64,000 nucleotides of DNA from Macrostomum lignano (GCA_002269645.1 NIVC01001797.1:172195-236194); one strand, 5' to 3'; positions 1 to 14,417 are shown, counted from the stretch's first letter. Notes: a model not told the origin generated them from the letters alone. Numbers and translations are program-made.

Positions 1-2464
1 CATGGCGCAAGCTATGTCACTCAAAAGTCAAAAATAAGCTAAAATATAAAATACTAAGCATATTCTCAAAGATGGTAACCTAATATTGTCAAATATACTA
101 TATATACTATAGAGTATACAAGGAGCATGCCCCATTTTTTGGTATGATTCATTGTTTGCTATATATATATCATTATTAGCTATATATACCATTATTTGCC
201 ACATGTAATCTTATCTTTTAGCTAACCTATTCACTAGACCTACTCTCTAGCTTATCTATATATATAGTGTACATGATCTAACTTCCTAGGACCTAGGACA
301 TATAATTGCAAAGCAAAGAAAATTTTATATATATAATATACTTATAACTAAGACTAAGCAAGTACAATATATTTATGGAATTTTATGATTATAATTTAAG
401 AGTATATTATAAAATTTCTTTATATCTACTATAGTTGAGAAGCGACATGTATACCAGGATTTCCTGGCATACAACAAGGGTCTTACCATTCTTTAGTATA
501 CACCAGGATATATCCCAGTATACATGACACAGTAGATACATTGTGTCAAATGACAATTTTTTGTATTGGCACACAAACCCAGTATACAAATGAGGTTTTG
601 TCATTTTTTCTGGCATTAAAATTGGCATACACTAATGCATGATCCAAACTATGGTATATCTATTTATAGCTATATGTTAAATATTTTCTTATAGCCTATC
701 TATATCTTTATTTATAGCTAATATTTTTTCTTTTCTTTTTGCCTTTTCCTCTCTTTTCTCCCTTTGCTTTTATTAGTTGGTTCTAGAAGAAAGCCTCAAT
801 AAATTATTAACTTATTAAGTCTTGCTTTATTTAGGGCCTAATAATGGCAAACACTGGATAGTTTTCTTATTAGCTTTATTATCTTAACTTTAGCCTTTTA
901 TTACAAACCATAATATACATATAGACTTAGAATTAAGTCAAGAGCTCTTTTTATAAAAGTTTTGAAACTAGCAACATTTATCCATTTTAAATAATTTTAT
1001 ATTACTTTTTTATCAAATAAATGGCTTCAATCTTTAAATTTCAAGTACCTAGGTCTAATAATAGATTTAGGGGAGGTACACAAGGTAGGCCTATATATCT
1101 TCCATTGAGTTTGTTTTTAATTTTTTTCTATTTGGCCCTTAAAATGTAACTTAGTAATCTATTTACAACCTATATCCTCTATTCAAAATTTTCTAGATCC
1201 ACTCCTGATTCAAAGTTTAACTTTAAGCCATTTAAGAATTATTTTATCATTATTATTACATTTTAAATTTTGAATTGTGCAAGTTTTATTTGCCTTGATC
1301 TTAGAGTCATTTGGTTGTTCTAAGCAAAGCTGGCCCCTGGCAGCTAAATGAATATTTAAAATTGACCCTTTTAATGACAAAAAAGTTTTAAGACAATACT
1401 CATATTCAATTCCCTCAATACTATTTAGTATTCAGTAGTTTATTTGAAGATTTATAAAACAATAAAAACAAAAAGATGGTTTTTAAACAAATTCATTTTA
1501 AGGTAAATTCCAGGCATTTTGGTGACAGTTAATTTTGGCAAAAAGTTTCTCTTTTACTTTTACAAATCATTTTCTATGGCTATTTATTTAGTCTTTTTAT
1601 TATATTCTTACTAACATAACCAATGTGTCTATATCGTACTGTAACCACCTACAGCCTACAAAATACTTTCCCTTTTTGTTAAATGTAATGAACACTTGTG
1701 CTCTGACAAACAATCCTGTGATGTGCTGATTGTTTGTCGGGATAAGAAGCTTTGATAAATATCCGCACTCTGACTTTGTACCCACCAACCTGAAGAGACC
1801 GACCAAGTATATGAGTGAACCCCATCACCAAAGCGGCTTTGTCACAGTACGATCTACAACTCTGATCTTATGAGAACATTTACATGTACTATGGTTTCCA
1901 CATTTATTGAATCAAAATTTCAATTTTATTGTATAGCCACATCTTAAGTACCATGCATGAAAATACAAATGTTTTATATAATTTGTTGTAAAATGTAGTA
2001 TGTGGCTGTACCACAAAGCTAAAATTTACAAAGTTAAAATACTCGACATTAAGACATGACTGTGTGGACTGTGGAGATAGACACACATCTAAAGAGTGCA
2101 GTCTTAGTTTTGAAAGGAAAAGTTAGCATAAGATTCACACTAAAAAGAATGAACAGCATTGCATTATGTTAAAGCATTAAAGGGCATTTCGCGGTTGGGG
2201 TGGGTGAGGGCATTGCGTCATTCGCGTGGCTTTTGTTTTGGGTCTACAGTTTGGTTTTCAATGACAACTGCATTGACTTTGACTTGGATTGAGTTAGAAC
2301 ACTCTTGGAAACACACATTTGTACTCAGACAATAAGCATTGTTGACAAAACGTACTTGTTGCCAAATTTAACATTGCTTGTTGCCGAAGTCACAATTTTT
2401 CATGTCACCGAAATCAACTATCACCGAAAAGCCTGGCACCCTTTTAAGGTTCTCTATTCCAATA

Positions 2465-2790
2465 AGCTGCCATGGGGATAAGCTGAAAATTATCAACATG
2501 GATCTGTGTGCATAGGCCTAAAATTGGAATTAGGCCTATTGACACAGCCCATAGACTTGAATAGTGGCAGGCAGCAGCTATTTCAATAAGTTGCTATGGG
2601 GATAAGCTAGAAATTATTATCACAGATCCATGTGAAAAAATTGGAATTATTGACACAGCCTATAGGGCCTAGACTTGAATGGTGGCAGCTATTTTAAAAA
2701 GCTGTTGTGGGATAAGCTGGAAATTATTGACATAGATCCATGTAGATAAAATTGGAATTATTGGCACAAGACCATGGGGATAAGCACTTC
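2465..2790. repeat. Degenerate ~120-bp tandem repeat, ~3 copies
   Basis: Recurrent GGGATAAGCT.GAAATTAT, AAAATTGGAATTA and AGACTTGAAT.GTGGCAG. Confidence 0.7.
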
Positions 2791-5636
2791 TTAACTTTAA
2801 TTAATTAAATGACACATTTCACACTAGGCCTAACACTACAAGTAGTCCTAGCCTACAATAGGCCTATGCATCTTTAGGTTTATTTGAACTTACAAATAAA
2901 AGAAGTAGCCATCTAGAATAGGACACATTTCTTTCTTGACATACATAGCCATGGACATGGTATGGGTTTGCTGACTTTAAGAAGATCCTAGGCCTAGGAA
3001 TTGTAGAATTAGGTCCAGCCATGCAGCTTAGGTCCAGTCGGCTACCTAGGCCTAGCATTAAGGGCTATAGGCCTAGGCCGTACCTACCTAAGGACCTAGG
3101 CCCACTTCTTTAAATAAACTAACAAGCAAGTATTGATAGTAGGTCAAACTTGGACATAGTCATAGGCCTAGATTATGTTCCCACCAATCCGACGCATGCA
3201 ACTGCGAGCAATAATCTGCCGCCTGCATCTGTTAGGGCTAGCAATGGACTAAGTAATTTAGACAGTTGAAACCTAGGGTAGGCCTAGGGAAGGGAGCTTC
3301 GCGCGTACGCGCTTCGGACTGCACTGTGCCCTTCTATCTACAGAGTGCTCAATGAAAGTGTTCAGGAAAAAAATGCATGCATTTGATGTTTTTTTACCTT
3401 ATCTGTGTGATACATGTCTTGCTATCTCACTCAGCTTCCTCTGTGGTACTTGTTTTAACCAGAAGTTCATGAAACATTTGGCGCGAATTTGGGTTTCTTT
3501 GGTCCAGAATTTTGGTTAGGCGAGCTCGCTGCTCGCGCCATGTTTAAACTTTAAAGTATATCAACATTCAACAAATGTTTATTTTTTGGTATCAACAACT
3601 CTGGGTTTTTTAAAGTTGGAAATCTAGTTGCCAATGGCTAGGCCTAGTTTTCGTTGCCCATTGGAAACTAGCCAAATTCTCAAGGATGGATATTTCCAAG
3701 AATCCAAGGCTATGTTTGATTTTAAAAAGCAGAAATTTGTTCTCTTAACTCTAAGTCTAAGATCAGGGGCGTAGCCAAGGGGGGGGGGGTTATGGAGGTC
3801 ATGACCCCCCCCCCCAACTGGCTGATCCAGGCCACATTTTTAGCATCCCCCCTCCCCCATTGCAAAGGCCTAGCACCCTCTGCCTGGCTGCCCCCCAGTT
3901 GAAGCTGTGAGCCTGTGACCATGTGACCCCCCCACAGATCACAGATTGCGTGTCTGGATCGCATAGGTCAGTCGTTGGCCTGACCTCAGCTGGTGGGACA
4001 ATTGTCGTCGGAGCAGATGGGCGACCTGCGATGCTGAAAAGGGGTAAAAAATAATATGACTCTGAAAATAATTAACCAAATGAAACTGAAGGATAGCCCT
4101 TTTATTATATTTACAAAATCATTTTTTGAAATTGGCAACTTGCACAGGGAAAATAAGTTGCCAGATTGGCCTCTGATGGCAAAAATCCAGTTGCCAATAA
4201 GATTTTCAAGGGGCCAAAAATGCCATATAGCCAAAAAACTAGACAACAATAATGTTATATTAGGGCCTAGCTAGCCCTAGACCTATTCTTGTTTAGAATA
4301 TTTCATAGGCCTAGTCTTATCCTAGGCCTTGCATAGGCCAAAGCATAGATTTTTTTGAGCTGAGCTCAACTCAAGTATTTTGTATTCTAGGACCATTATT
4401 CATTAGACTGTTTTACGTAACATAATTATAGTCTATCACATATAATTATTATCATAATAGTTATAAACAATAAATGACTATAATTAGGAAGGTAATATAG
4501 ATTATAGCCATTAGACATAGGTTGCACCATAGATAGGGCCTACTATATTTTGTATATATAGCATGCACCAAAATATTTTTAGAGAACAATCTAGACCTAG
4601 TGCTAGGCCTACCTAAATACCAATTATGGACTTTTTCTATGCCTTAGTTCATAGTAAGTAAAGGCAAAGCTATAAAAATATAAAGCATATATTAATATAT
4701 ATAAATAAGACATTTATATTTATACAATACTGTTGAATAAAGTACTTTGCATTTTGAATATTCACTTAAGTACTTATATCTATTTTATAACATAGCTACA
4801 TTCTAGATTATGTTAGATGCATCCCATATACTAAAACTAAATGCTTATAAAATATATGCACCAAACTAAATATATGTCAAAAATGCTATTATGAACATGA
4901 AGGATATCTTTTGGAATATGATTAGACTATATAAACAAATATAGCTATAGAGTAGACTATAGTTTCCTATTTAACCTATTAATAATATCACAATAAATTT
5001 TGGTCCTATGGGCCTAGGCTCTCTAATTAGACCTAGGCCTATATAGTGACTTAACAATTTTGTTTTAATAGGGGGCCTAGTCTTTGTAGGCCTAAAGCTT
5101 TGCATAAAAATATATTTTAGGTTTTATTATATTTTATAATTAATTTTGAGCTAGAAATTGCTATATCATTGAATTTGTTAACTAATAATATCTAATATAT
5201 GAGCATATATAAAGATTATAAATGATTAATTAATATTTTTGAGATTAGATGGGATTGCAATCCTATTCTAGATATTATCAACTTTTCTAACTTGAATAAA
5301 TCAGAGGCTTAATAGTATTAAGGGTAGAGTTAAAATGTTTTATTGATACTAGCTAGCATCCTAGTTTTCAATTTTGCATCTTGAATTTGGACCTAGGAAG
5401 TCAATGACTATGATTCTAGCACTTAGAACCACATATTAATGCTGATATGTTAAGGCTTACAGTGGAATTAATGGCATGTCAAGGCTGAGAGGTCAAGCAA
5501 TGCAATGTGTAGTTTATTCAAACAAGAATTATTCTATTCTATTTGTTGCCTCCCTAACTGGGGGCGCTGATTGCTAGTATATTACTAACAGTAGCTGATA
5601 AAAACTTGATGATCTTCTGTGCAGAGGCAGCTCGAG

Positions 5637-8600
5637 ATGTCTAAGTGGTTCACAGGACTAGCTGGCAAAGCTGAGGACTTTCTCAACACTCTGGACACCT
5701 CCGCTGCCAGCGCTCTCAACAAATCTGGCCATGCTGACCCCGAATCGGCCGCTAGCAGCTCCTCCCCCGCCGCCGGCCTCCCACCTCCGCCGCTGCCGCC
5801 ACCTCCGCTGGTGGTGGATCCGCCCAGCCGGCACAGTCCGCTTGGCCGGAGCCCCAGCCAGGCCTCTCTTGGCTCCGCAGCCGCCCGGCCTGCCCCGCCA
5901 TCTGCCAGCGGCTCAAATAAGCGAGTTGATAAAGATGCGGAACTAATGGATCTGTTGAATTCTGAAGCGCCATTGGACTCTCTGGTTAGCAGCAGGCAGT
6001 CAGCTGGTTCGATGCTATCGTCTACCCCAACTCCGACTGGCGCAGAATCAGCGCCGCCGCAGCCACCGCCGCCAAAGGTGTCAGCTCAGCACAGCCGGCA
6101 GTCTAGCGTGGCTTCCAGCTTCTCCAAATATTCGGCCTCCGAGATCAAAGCCGAAATGGCGGCGGCGGCGGCAGCGGCATCGTCGTCTGCTCACGTCTCG
6201 ACGTCGGTCACTGGCGCAGTTTCGACATTCGTGTCTCAGTCGGCGCCGACGCCCGCTGCCTCCGCCTCGGCCGCCTCCGTAGTGATGACTGAGGACAATC
6301 CGCCAGCGGAGATCGAGAACAAACTGTTGCGCAGCGAGATCTCCTCGCTAAATCAAGAGTTATCTTCGTTGTTAAAGAGAAATCAATCTGCTCAGGATGC
6401 TTCACGGCGGCTCGAGGCTGATTTGACCAAATGTCGGCAACAGTTGAAACAGGCCGAGGAGGCTGTTGCAGCTGGTCAGGCAAGGTGAATTTCATTTGAT
6501 TTTTTTATTATACATTTGTTAACTGTTTCAGAAGACTATCTTCAATGCCGGTAGTGCGAATGTTCGTTTCTAGTTCTGACGCATCTTATTATCTTACTTC
6601 ACAACTGTTGCATACAGTAGTCTCCTTAACTTCTTATTCACTTTTTTATATTTGCGTGCCATTGTCTAGCCTGCCTCTTCCTTACCTACCCCTCCTCATC
6701 TACCCCTCTTCTCATCTACCCCTCCTCATCTACCCCTCCTCATCTACCCCTCTTCTCATCTACCCCTCCTCATCTACCCCTCCTCATCTACCCCTCCTCA
6801 TCTACCACTCATCTACCCCTCCTTATCTACCCCTCCTCATCTACCCCTCATCTACCCCTCCTCATCTACCCCTCCTCATCTACCCCTCCTCATCTTCCCC
6901 TCGTCATCCACCCCTCCTTATCTACCCCTCATCTATCTCCTCCCCGCCACACCTATTCCTAATCCTGCAGCATCTATCCTGTCCTAAATTTTCGCTTCCT
7001 CACTCCCCTATCGCGCATTCTCAATTGTAACGCCGCAGGGAGCAGCAGCTGTCCGATCTGCTGCACAGCCGGGACGCTCAAATAGCCGAGATGTCCAGCG
7101 CTCACGAGGCTCTGCGCGATCAACTCGAATTGATGCGCGCCGACAGCACCCGGTCGGCCGGCTTTCAACAAGCCGCTTTCGACGAGCTTAACGAACGGCT
7201 GCGCCAGGCCGAGGCTCGACTAGAGCAGGAGCGAGCGGCTTCAGCCAGCCTGCAGGTTCCAGTCCGCTGGGCTTGTCTTGTTGCCGAATGGAACTTATAA
7301 ACGCCTGACTTAGTGTGTCTTAGTGTCTGACTTAATGTGTCTTAGTGTCTGACTTAATGTGTCTTAGTGTCTGACTTAGTGTGTCTTAGAGTCTGACTTA
7401 ATGTGTCTTAGTGTCTGACTTAATGTGTCTTAGTGTCTGACTTAATGTGTCTTAGTGTCTGACTTAGTGTGTCTTAGAGTCTGACTTAATGTGTCTTAGT
7501 GTCTGACTTAGTGTGTCTTAGAGTCTGACTTAGTGTGTCTTAGTGTCTGACTTAGTGTGTCTTAGAGTCTGACTTAATGTGTCTTAGTGTCTGACTTAGT
7601 GTGTCTTAGAGTCTGACTTAATGTGTCTTAGTGTCTGACTTAGTGTGTCTTAGAGTCTGACTTAATGTGTCTTAGTGTCTGACTTAATGTGTTTTAGTGT
7701 CTTACTTAATGTGTCTTAGTGTCTGACTTAGTGTGTCTTAGAGTCTGACTTAATGTGTCTTAGTGTCTGACTTAGTGTGTCTTAGAGTCTGACTTAGTGT
7801 GTCTTAGTGCCTGACTTAATGTGTCTTAGTGTCTGACTTAATGTGTCTTAGTGTCTGACTTAGTGTGTCTTAGTGTCTGACTTAATGTGTCTTAGAGTCT
7901 GACTTAGTGTGTCTTAGTGTCTGACTTAGTGTGTCTTAGAGTCTGACTTAATGTGTCTTAGAGTCTGACTTAGTGTGTCTTAGTGCCTGACTTAATGTGT
8001 CTTAGAGTCTGACTTAGTGTGTCTTAGTGTCTGACTTAATGTGTCTTGTCTTAGTGTCTTAATGTCTTAATGTGACTTAGTGTCTGACTTAATGTGTCTT
8101 AGTGTCTGACTTAATGTGTCTTAGTGTCTGACTTAATGTGTCTTAGTGTCTGACTTAGTGTGTCTTAGTGTCTGACTTAATGTGTCTTAGTGTCTGACTT
8201 AATGTGTCTTAGTGTCTGACTTAATGAGTGTCTTAGTGTCTGTCTCAGTGTGTCTTAGTTTCTGACTCTGTGAGTCCAGAGTGAGTTTTTGACTAACTTT
8301 AATTGACCTATGATCTATCTCAAGTTGTCATGCCAATCAATTAATTGGTCACCAACCCTCAACCCCCCCCCCCCTTCACATAGGCCGACCTTCGCCGACT
8401 CCGCCAGGACGCCGAGCAGCAGCAGGCGATGAGCGCGCAGGCTGGTCGCGCCCTGGCCGAAGAGCAGCGCCGACAGCGCGCACAGGCCCTGGAATTGGAG
8501 GCCGCTCAGCGCCGCTGCCAGCAGGCTCAGGCTGAGCTGCGCGACTATAAAGAGAAGGCTGGCAGGATTCTGCAGGTGAGACTTGTGGCCTAGTTTATTG

Positions 8601-11600
8601 AGCTGGGTTGACAGTGCCACCTTGGTGAATGTGACAGATTGGTGTTGAATGTGACAGATTGGTGTTGAATGTGACAGATTGGTATTGAATGTGACAGATT
8701 GGAATTGAATGTGACAGATTGGTATTGAATGTGACAGATTGGTATTGAATGTGACAGATTGGTATTGAATGTGACAGATTAGTGTTGAATGTGACAGATT
8801 AGTGTTGAATGTGACAGATTGGTGTTGAATGTGACAGATTGGTATTGAATGTGACAGATTAGTATTGAATGTGACAGATTGGTATTGAATGTGACAGATT
8901 GGTAGTATTGAATGTGACAGATTGGTAGTATTGAATGTGACAGATTGGTAGTATTGAATGTGACAGATTGGTAGTATTGAATGTGACAGATTGGTAGTAT
9001 TGAATGTGACAGATTGGTAGTATTGAATGTGACAGATTGGTAGTATTGAATCAGACAAAATGATATTTTAAATGCAAAACATCCAAACGCTCCCAACCGC
9101 AGGTGAAGGACAAAATGATCGCCACACTAAAGAAAGGCAACGGCAGCGAAGGTGGCAACGGTGGCGGCGGCCTCCCAGACGCTGCTGATGCCGCCGTAGG
9201 CAGTTCAGTAGCTGAACTGTCTGCCGAAGTTGACGCCCTTCGACAGGAGCGCGAACTGCTGCGCGAAGAGGCCCAGCGAGCTAAACTAGCCGCCGAAGGC
9301 CTTCGCTGCGATGTTGAAGATCTCGAAGCTCAGATGCAGTCGGAGAGCGAAACCTTTCGCAAGACAATGTCGGGATTGGAGGCTCAGCTGGAGTCTGAGA
9401 GGCTGGCCAGGCTGGCTGCGGAAGAGGAGGCCCAGGTTTGACTTGCTTTACTCTTGTGCTTGTGATTCACTCTGGCATGATTAGCTGTCATGTCACACTA
9501 ACATGATTAGCTGTCATGTCACACTAACATGATTAGCTGTCATGTCACACTAACATGATTAGCTGTCATGTCACACTAACATGATTAGCTGTCATGTCAC
9601 ACTAACATGATTAGCTGTCATGTCACACTAACATGATTAGCTGTCATGTCACACTAACATGATTAGCTGTCATGTCACACTAACATGATTAGCTGTCATG
9701 TCACACTAACATGATAAGCTGTCATATTACTTGATTGATTATGATTGGCTGTCATGTCACACTAACATGATAAGCTGTCATATTACTTGATTGATTATGA
9801 TTTGCTGTCATGTCACACTAACATGATAAGCTGTCATATTACTTGATTGATTATGATTTGCTGTCATGTCACACTAACATGATAAGCTGTCATATTACTT
9901 GATTGATTATGATTTGCTGTCATGTCACACTAACATGATAAGCTGTCATATTACTTGATTGATTATGATTTGCTGTCATGTCACACTAACATGATAAGCT
10001 GTCATATTACTTGATTGATTATGATTTGCTGTCATGTCACACTAACATGATAAGCTGTCATATTACTTGATTGATTATGATTTGCTGTCATGTCACACTA
10101 ACATGATAAGCTGTCATATTACTTGATTGATTATGATTTGCTGTCATGTCACACTAACATGATAAGCTGTCATATTACTTGATTGATTATGATTGGCTGT
10201 CATGTTGCCATGACATGATTGGCTGTCATGTTGCCATGACATGATTGGCTGTCATGTTGCCATGACATGATTGGCTGCCATGTTTGCCATGATATGATTG
10301 GCTGTCATGTTGCCATGACATGATTGGCTGCCATGTTTGCCATGATATGATTGGCTGTGATGTCACCAACATGATTGGCTGCCACGTTGCCATGACATGA
10401 TTGGCTATTCCCCTCCCCACTACAGGCGGCCAGACGCGAGGCCAGCCAGCAACGGGATCTGTGGCTTCGCGACAAATCCGAGCTCAGCCAACGCCTCGCC
10501 CAAGCCGAGGCCGAGCTTGACGCGCTAAGGCGCCAATCGGCGCCCCAGTTGCTCCGGTCTGGTGCTGGCACTTCTGTCGCATCTGGCGGTCAGGATGGCG
10601 GCGAATTAGAAGCCAGAATTCGATCGCTAACGGAGAGTCTGATCCAGGTGAGCGGTTAGAACTGCAGTAAGGGCTATCTAGGCTCAAACTAGGGCCTGTG
10701 GGATGATTTCGCCGACGACTACACTATATAATCTGTGACTTCCATTGGTTGGCCAATCGTAATTTAGACTCAAATTAAATACTTTTTTAACCCCGATACT
10801 CCAATCTGAGCAGAAGCAGACGGCTCTGGAGTCGAGCAACGCCGAGAAGGCCAGTCTCAGACTGATGGTGGAGCAGCTGGAGTCTCGCCTATCAGAACGG
10901 ACCCATCACGCCACGTCGCTTGCCCAGGAGTCGGGCCTGTCGTCCAGATCTTCGCAGGCGCCCCAGTCTGATTATATCCGCATTCACATGCAGGATCCGC
11001 CCTATGCAAGGTTTGTTGGGTGATGCTGCGATCTAAGCAGTTGTCCATTGATCTAAGCAGCTGTCTATTATTGATCTAAACAGCAGTCTATTATTGATCT
11101 AAACATCTGTCCATTGATCTAAACAGCTGTCCATTGATCTAAACAGCTGTCCATTGATCTAAGCAGTTGTCCATTGATCTAAACATCTGTCCATTGATCT
11201 AAGCAGTTGTCCATTGATCTAAACATCTGTCCATTGATCTAAGCAGTTGTCCATTGATCTAAACAGCTGTCCATTGATCTAAGCAGTTGTCCATTGATCT
11301 AAACATCTGTCCATTGATCTAAGCAGTTGTCCATTGATCTAAACAGCTGTCCATTGATCTAAACAGCTGTCCATTGATCTAAACATCTGTCCATTGATCT
11401 AAACATCTGTCCATTGATCTAAGCAGTTGTCCATTGATCTAAACAGTTGTCCATTGATCTAAGCAGTTGTCCATTGATCTAAACATCTGTCCATTGATCT
11501 AAACATCTGTCCATTGATCTAAACATCTGTCCATTGATCTAAACAGCAGTCTATTATTGATCTAAACAGCAGTCTATTATTGATCTAAACATCTGTCCAT

Positions 11601-12250
11601 TGATCTAAACAGCAGTCTATTATTGATCTAAACAGCAGTCTATTATTGATCTAAACATCTGTCCATTGATCTAAACAGCTGTCTATTATTGATCTAAACA
11701 GCAGTCTATTATTGATCTAAACATCTGTCCATTGATCTAAACAGCAGTCTATTATTGATCTAAACATCTGTCCATTGATCTAAACAGCTGTCTATTATTG
11801 ATCTAAACAGCAGTCTATTATTGATCTAAACATCTGTCCATTGATCTAAACAGCAGTCTATTATTGATCTAAACAGCTGTCTATTATTGATCTAAACGGC
11901 TGTCTATTATTGATCTAAACAGCTGTCTATTATTGATCTAAACAGCAGTCTATTATTGATCTAAACAGCATTTTCAACACTCAAAAACATTTGCCAGACA
12001 CATGAAACGGGCAGTGAACACGCTGGACAAGGCCGGAGTTAAACTAGGCGTATTCCTGCGCCGCTATCCAATGGCCCGGATGCTATTTTTAGCTTACATA
12101 GGCCTGCTTCACCTGTGGGTATTGCTGGTGCTGCTCACCTACCAGCCGGAGATGCACCAGCGCGGTTACAATGACGCTTTGCCTCAGCCGCCTGGCGCCC
12201 CGGCGCTCGCTTCCGCGGCTGGCAGCAGCTTGGCCTCAAACTCTAGCTGA
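5637..12250 (+). CDS. GOLGA5: Golgin-84 (Golgin subfamily A member 5), ~753 aa. Exons 5637-6484, 7039-7255, 8384-8575, 9103-9435, 10426-10647, 10814-11010, 11998-12250
   Basis: N-terminus MSKWFTGLAGKAEDFLNTLD, coiled-coil motifs ELRDYKEKAGRILQ and KQTALESSNAEKASL, and C-terminal TM segment LRRYPMARMLFLAYIGLLHLWVLLVLLTYQPEMH match golgin-84 as I recall it. All introns are GT-AG with consistent phases (2,0,0,0,0,2). Confidence 0.95.
6680..6935. repeat. Pyrimidine-rich ~13-16-bp minisatellite (CTCATCTACCCCTC), golgin intron 1
   Basis: Visible tandem array. Confidence 0.9.
7305..8260. repeat. 22-bp minisatellite (GTCTGACTTAATGTGTCTTAGT), golgin intron 2
   Basis: Visible tandem array, ~43 copies. 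Confidence 0.95.
8625..9055. repeat. 20/23-bp minisatellite (GTGACAGATTGGT[AGT]ATTGAAT), golgin intron 3
   Basis: Visible tandem array. Confidence 0.95.
9475..10410. repeat. Composite minisatellite (26-bp unit, then 56-bp dimer, then 26-bp variant), golgin intron 4
   Basis: CATGATTAGCTGTCATGTCACACTAA core, changing along the array. Confidence 0.95.
11030..11970. repeat. 20/23-bp minisatellite (TCCATTGATCTAAACAGCTG), golgin intron 6
   Basis: Visible tandem array. Confidence 0.95.
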
Positions 12251-12739
12251 TGTTTATATTGTTCTATATAGCCTACTTTCCTGTGGTTTGGTTCTGGCCA
12301 GTAGTATAGTATGGATTTTAAAATATTAATTGACTTTTTCAACAATTGTCGCTTTCAGTTAAATTCATTTTTTATCTCTTCGTCGGTGACTGATGCATCT
12401 TGTACATCTATAATATTATTGTAGAATCATATGTGAATTGTATTTTGCCTAAGATACTACTAACTATTCAGAATGCGCGCTGTCTATCCGGTCTGTAACT
12501 GGTCACGGGGTGTAGAAATTCGCCTTACATACTTATTGATTAAATTGTTGACTAGTAAGCTAAGTGTATATAAACTGGCCCTCGAAATGCTAAACTGTTC
12601 CTTTTCTGTGATGCCTGCGGAGCACAAGTTTCAAGCCTTGATGTTAATAATCTGTTTATCTTTTCAAAACTGTCGGTTCCCTTGTAAAAAGCCTAGGTTG
12701 ATAAGGATATAATATTGAAGTGTTTAACTATTGTTAAAA

Positions 12740-13610
12740 TCCAGTCTGACACATTTCCCTACCTGAACCCAGTCTGACACAATGTCATGCCTGAACCCAG
12801 TCTGATACAATGTCATGCCTGAACCCAGTCTGATACAATGTCATGCCTGAACCCAGTCTGACACAATGTCATGCCTGAACCCAGTCTGACACAATGTCAC
12901 GCCTGAACCCAATCTGACACAATGTCACGCCTGAACCCAATCTGACACAATGTCATGCCTGAACCCAGTCTGATACAATGTCACGCCTGAACCCAATCTG
13001 ACACAATGTCATGCCTGAACCCAGTCTGACACAATGTCATGCCTGAACCCAGTCTGACACAATGTCATGCCTCAACCCAGTCTGACACAATGTCACGCCT
13101 GAACCCAATCTGACACAATGTCATGCCTGAACCCAGTCTGATACAATGTCACGCCTAAACCCAGTCTGACACAATGTCATGCCTGAACCCAGTCTGATAC
13201 AATGTCACGCCTAAACCCAGTCTGACACATTGTCACGCCTGAACCCAGTCTGACACAATATCACGCCTGAACCCAGTCTGACACAATGTCACGCCTGAAC
13301 CCAGTCTGACACAATGTCACGCCTGAACCTAGTCTGACACAATGTCATGCCTGAACCCAGTCTGACACAATGTCATGTCTGAACCCAGTCTGACACAATG
13401 TCACGCCTGAACCCAGTCTGACACAATGTCACGCCTGAACCCAGTCTGACACAATGTCATGCCTGAACCCAGTCTGACACAATGTCACGCCTGAACCCAG
13501 TCTGACACAATGTCACGCCTGAACCCAGTCTGACACAATGTCATGCCTGAACCTAGTCTGACACAATGTCATGCCTGAACCCAGTCTGACATGTTTCCTT
13601 ACCTGAACCC
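12740..13610. repeat. 28-bp minisatellite (CCTGAACCCAGTCTGACACAATGTCATG) between golgin and the ZnF gene
   Basis: Visible tandem array, ~30 copies. Confidence 0.95.
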
Positions 13611-13712
13611 TGTCGGACACCTTTCTTGGTGGAACTTCAAATGCTATTTACTCTCCAGACCTGAAGGCTGTAATTACTATTTCATTTGATTACATTGTGT
13701 CCTTCAGTCGCC

Positions 13713-14372
13713 ATGGCAACGCCGGCCAAGCTTTTGATTGGCGAACGCTTCGACGGCAATGGCAATCTGCAAGCAGATCCCGTCTCCGCCGTGGCCGTTC
13801 CCAGCTTCTCTTTGATGACGGATTGTGCCGACAATTTAATTGACAGCTCGGCATCGTCGGCTTCGCATCAATTTCAGGAAATCTTTCCTCCCCTCGCCGA
13901 CATCGACATCGGCGCGTACGGAGACGACAGCGGCGGTGGCGGCGGAAGCGAGAGCTTCGACGCCGAGGACGCCGTGAACCGCCTGATTAGCTTGGCCAGT
14001 CCGTCGGCAGACTCGCCGGCGGTGCTGACTGCTGCACCAGCCGACTATGACAGCTCGGCGAACGGCGGCAATATCGGCGTCGAGCTGCTGCTCTCTGCCG
14101 GCTCCGAACTTGTGGCCGCCTCTGCCGAGTTCTGCCTGTGCGCCAACTGCGGCCTGTGCTGCCAAGGCGCTGACCGGATGCGGGCGCATAAAACCGCCAG
14201 CGGCCATCTGGGCTTTCTCAGGTGTCAGATGGTTGCTATGCTCATGTGTTTGCTGGGGGGGGTTGGGCTTCTGTAGCCGAGCAGTTCTTGAGCGAGGGTC
14301 GCTTCGCTAAGCAGTTTTACCTATCTATTATGTGTTTTTGTGTCTGTCTGTCTGTCTGTCTGTGTCTGTCTG

Positions 14373-14417
<45 letters not shown>

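Noticed and set aside
407-4274. Short ORFs in the AT-rich left end
   Set aside because: No recognisable motifs, splice structure or coding-like composition.
5476-5518. Match to 55441-55478 (ATGTCAAGGCTGAG...TAGTTTATT)
   Set aside because: Too short to classify. Probably an old dispersed repeat fragment.
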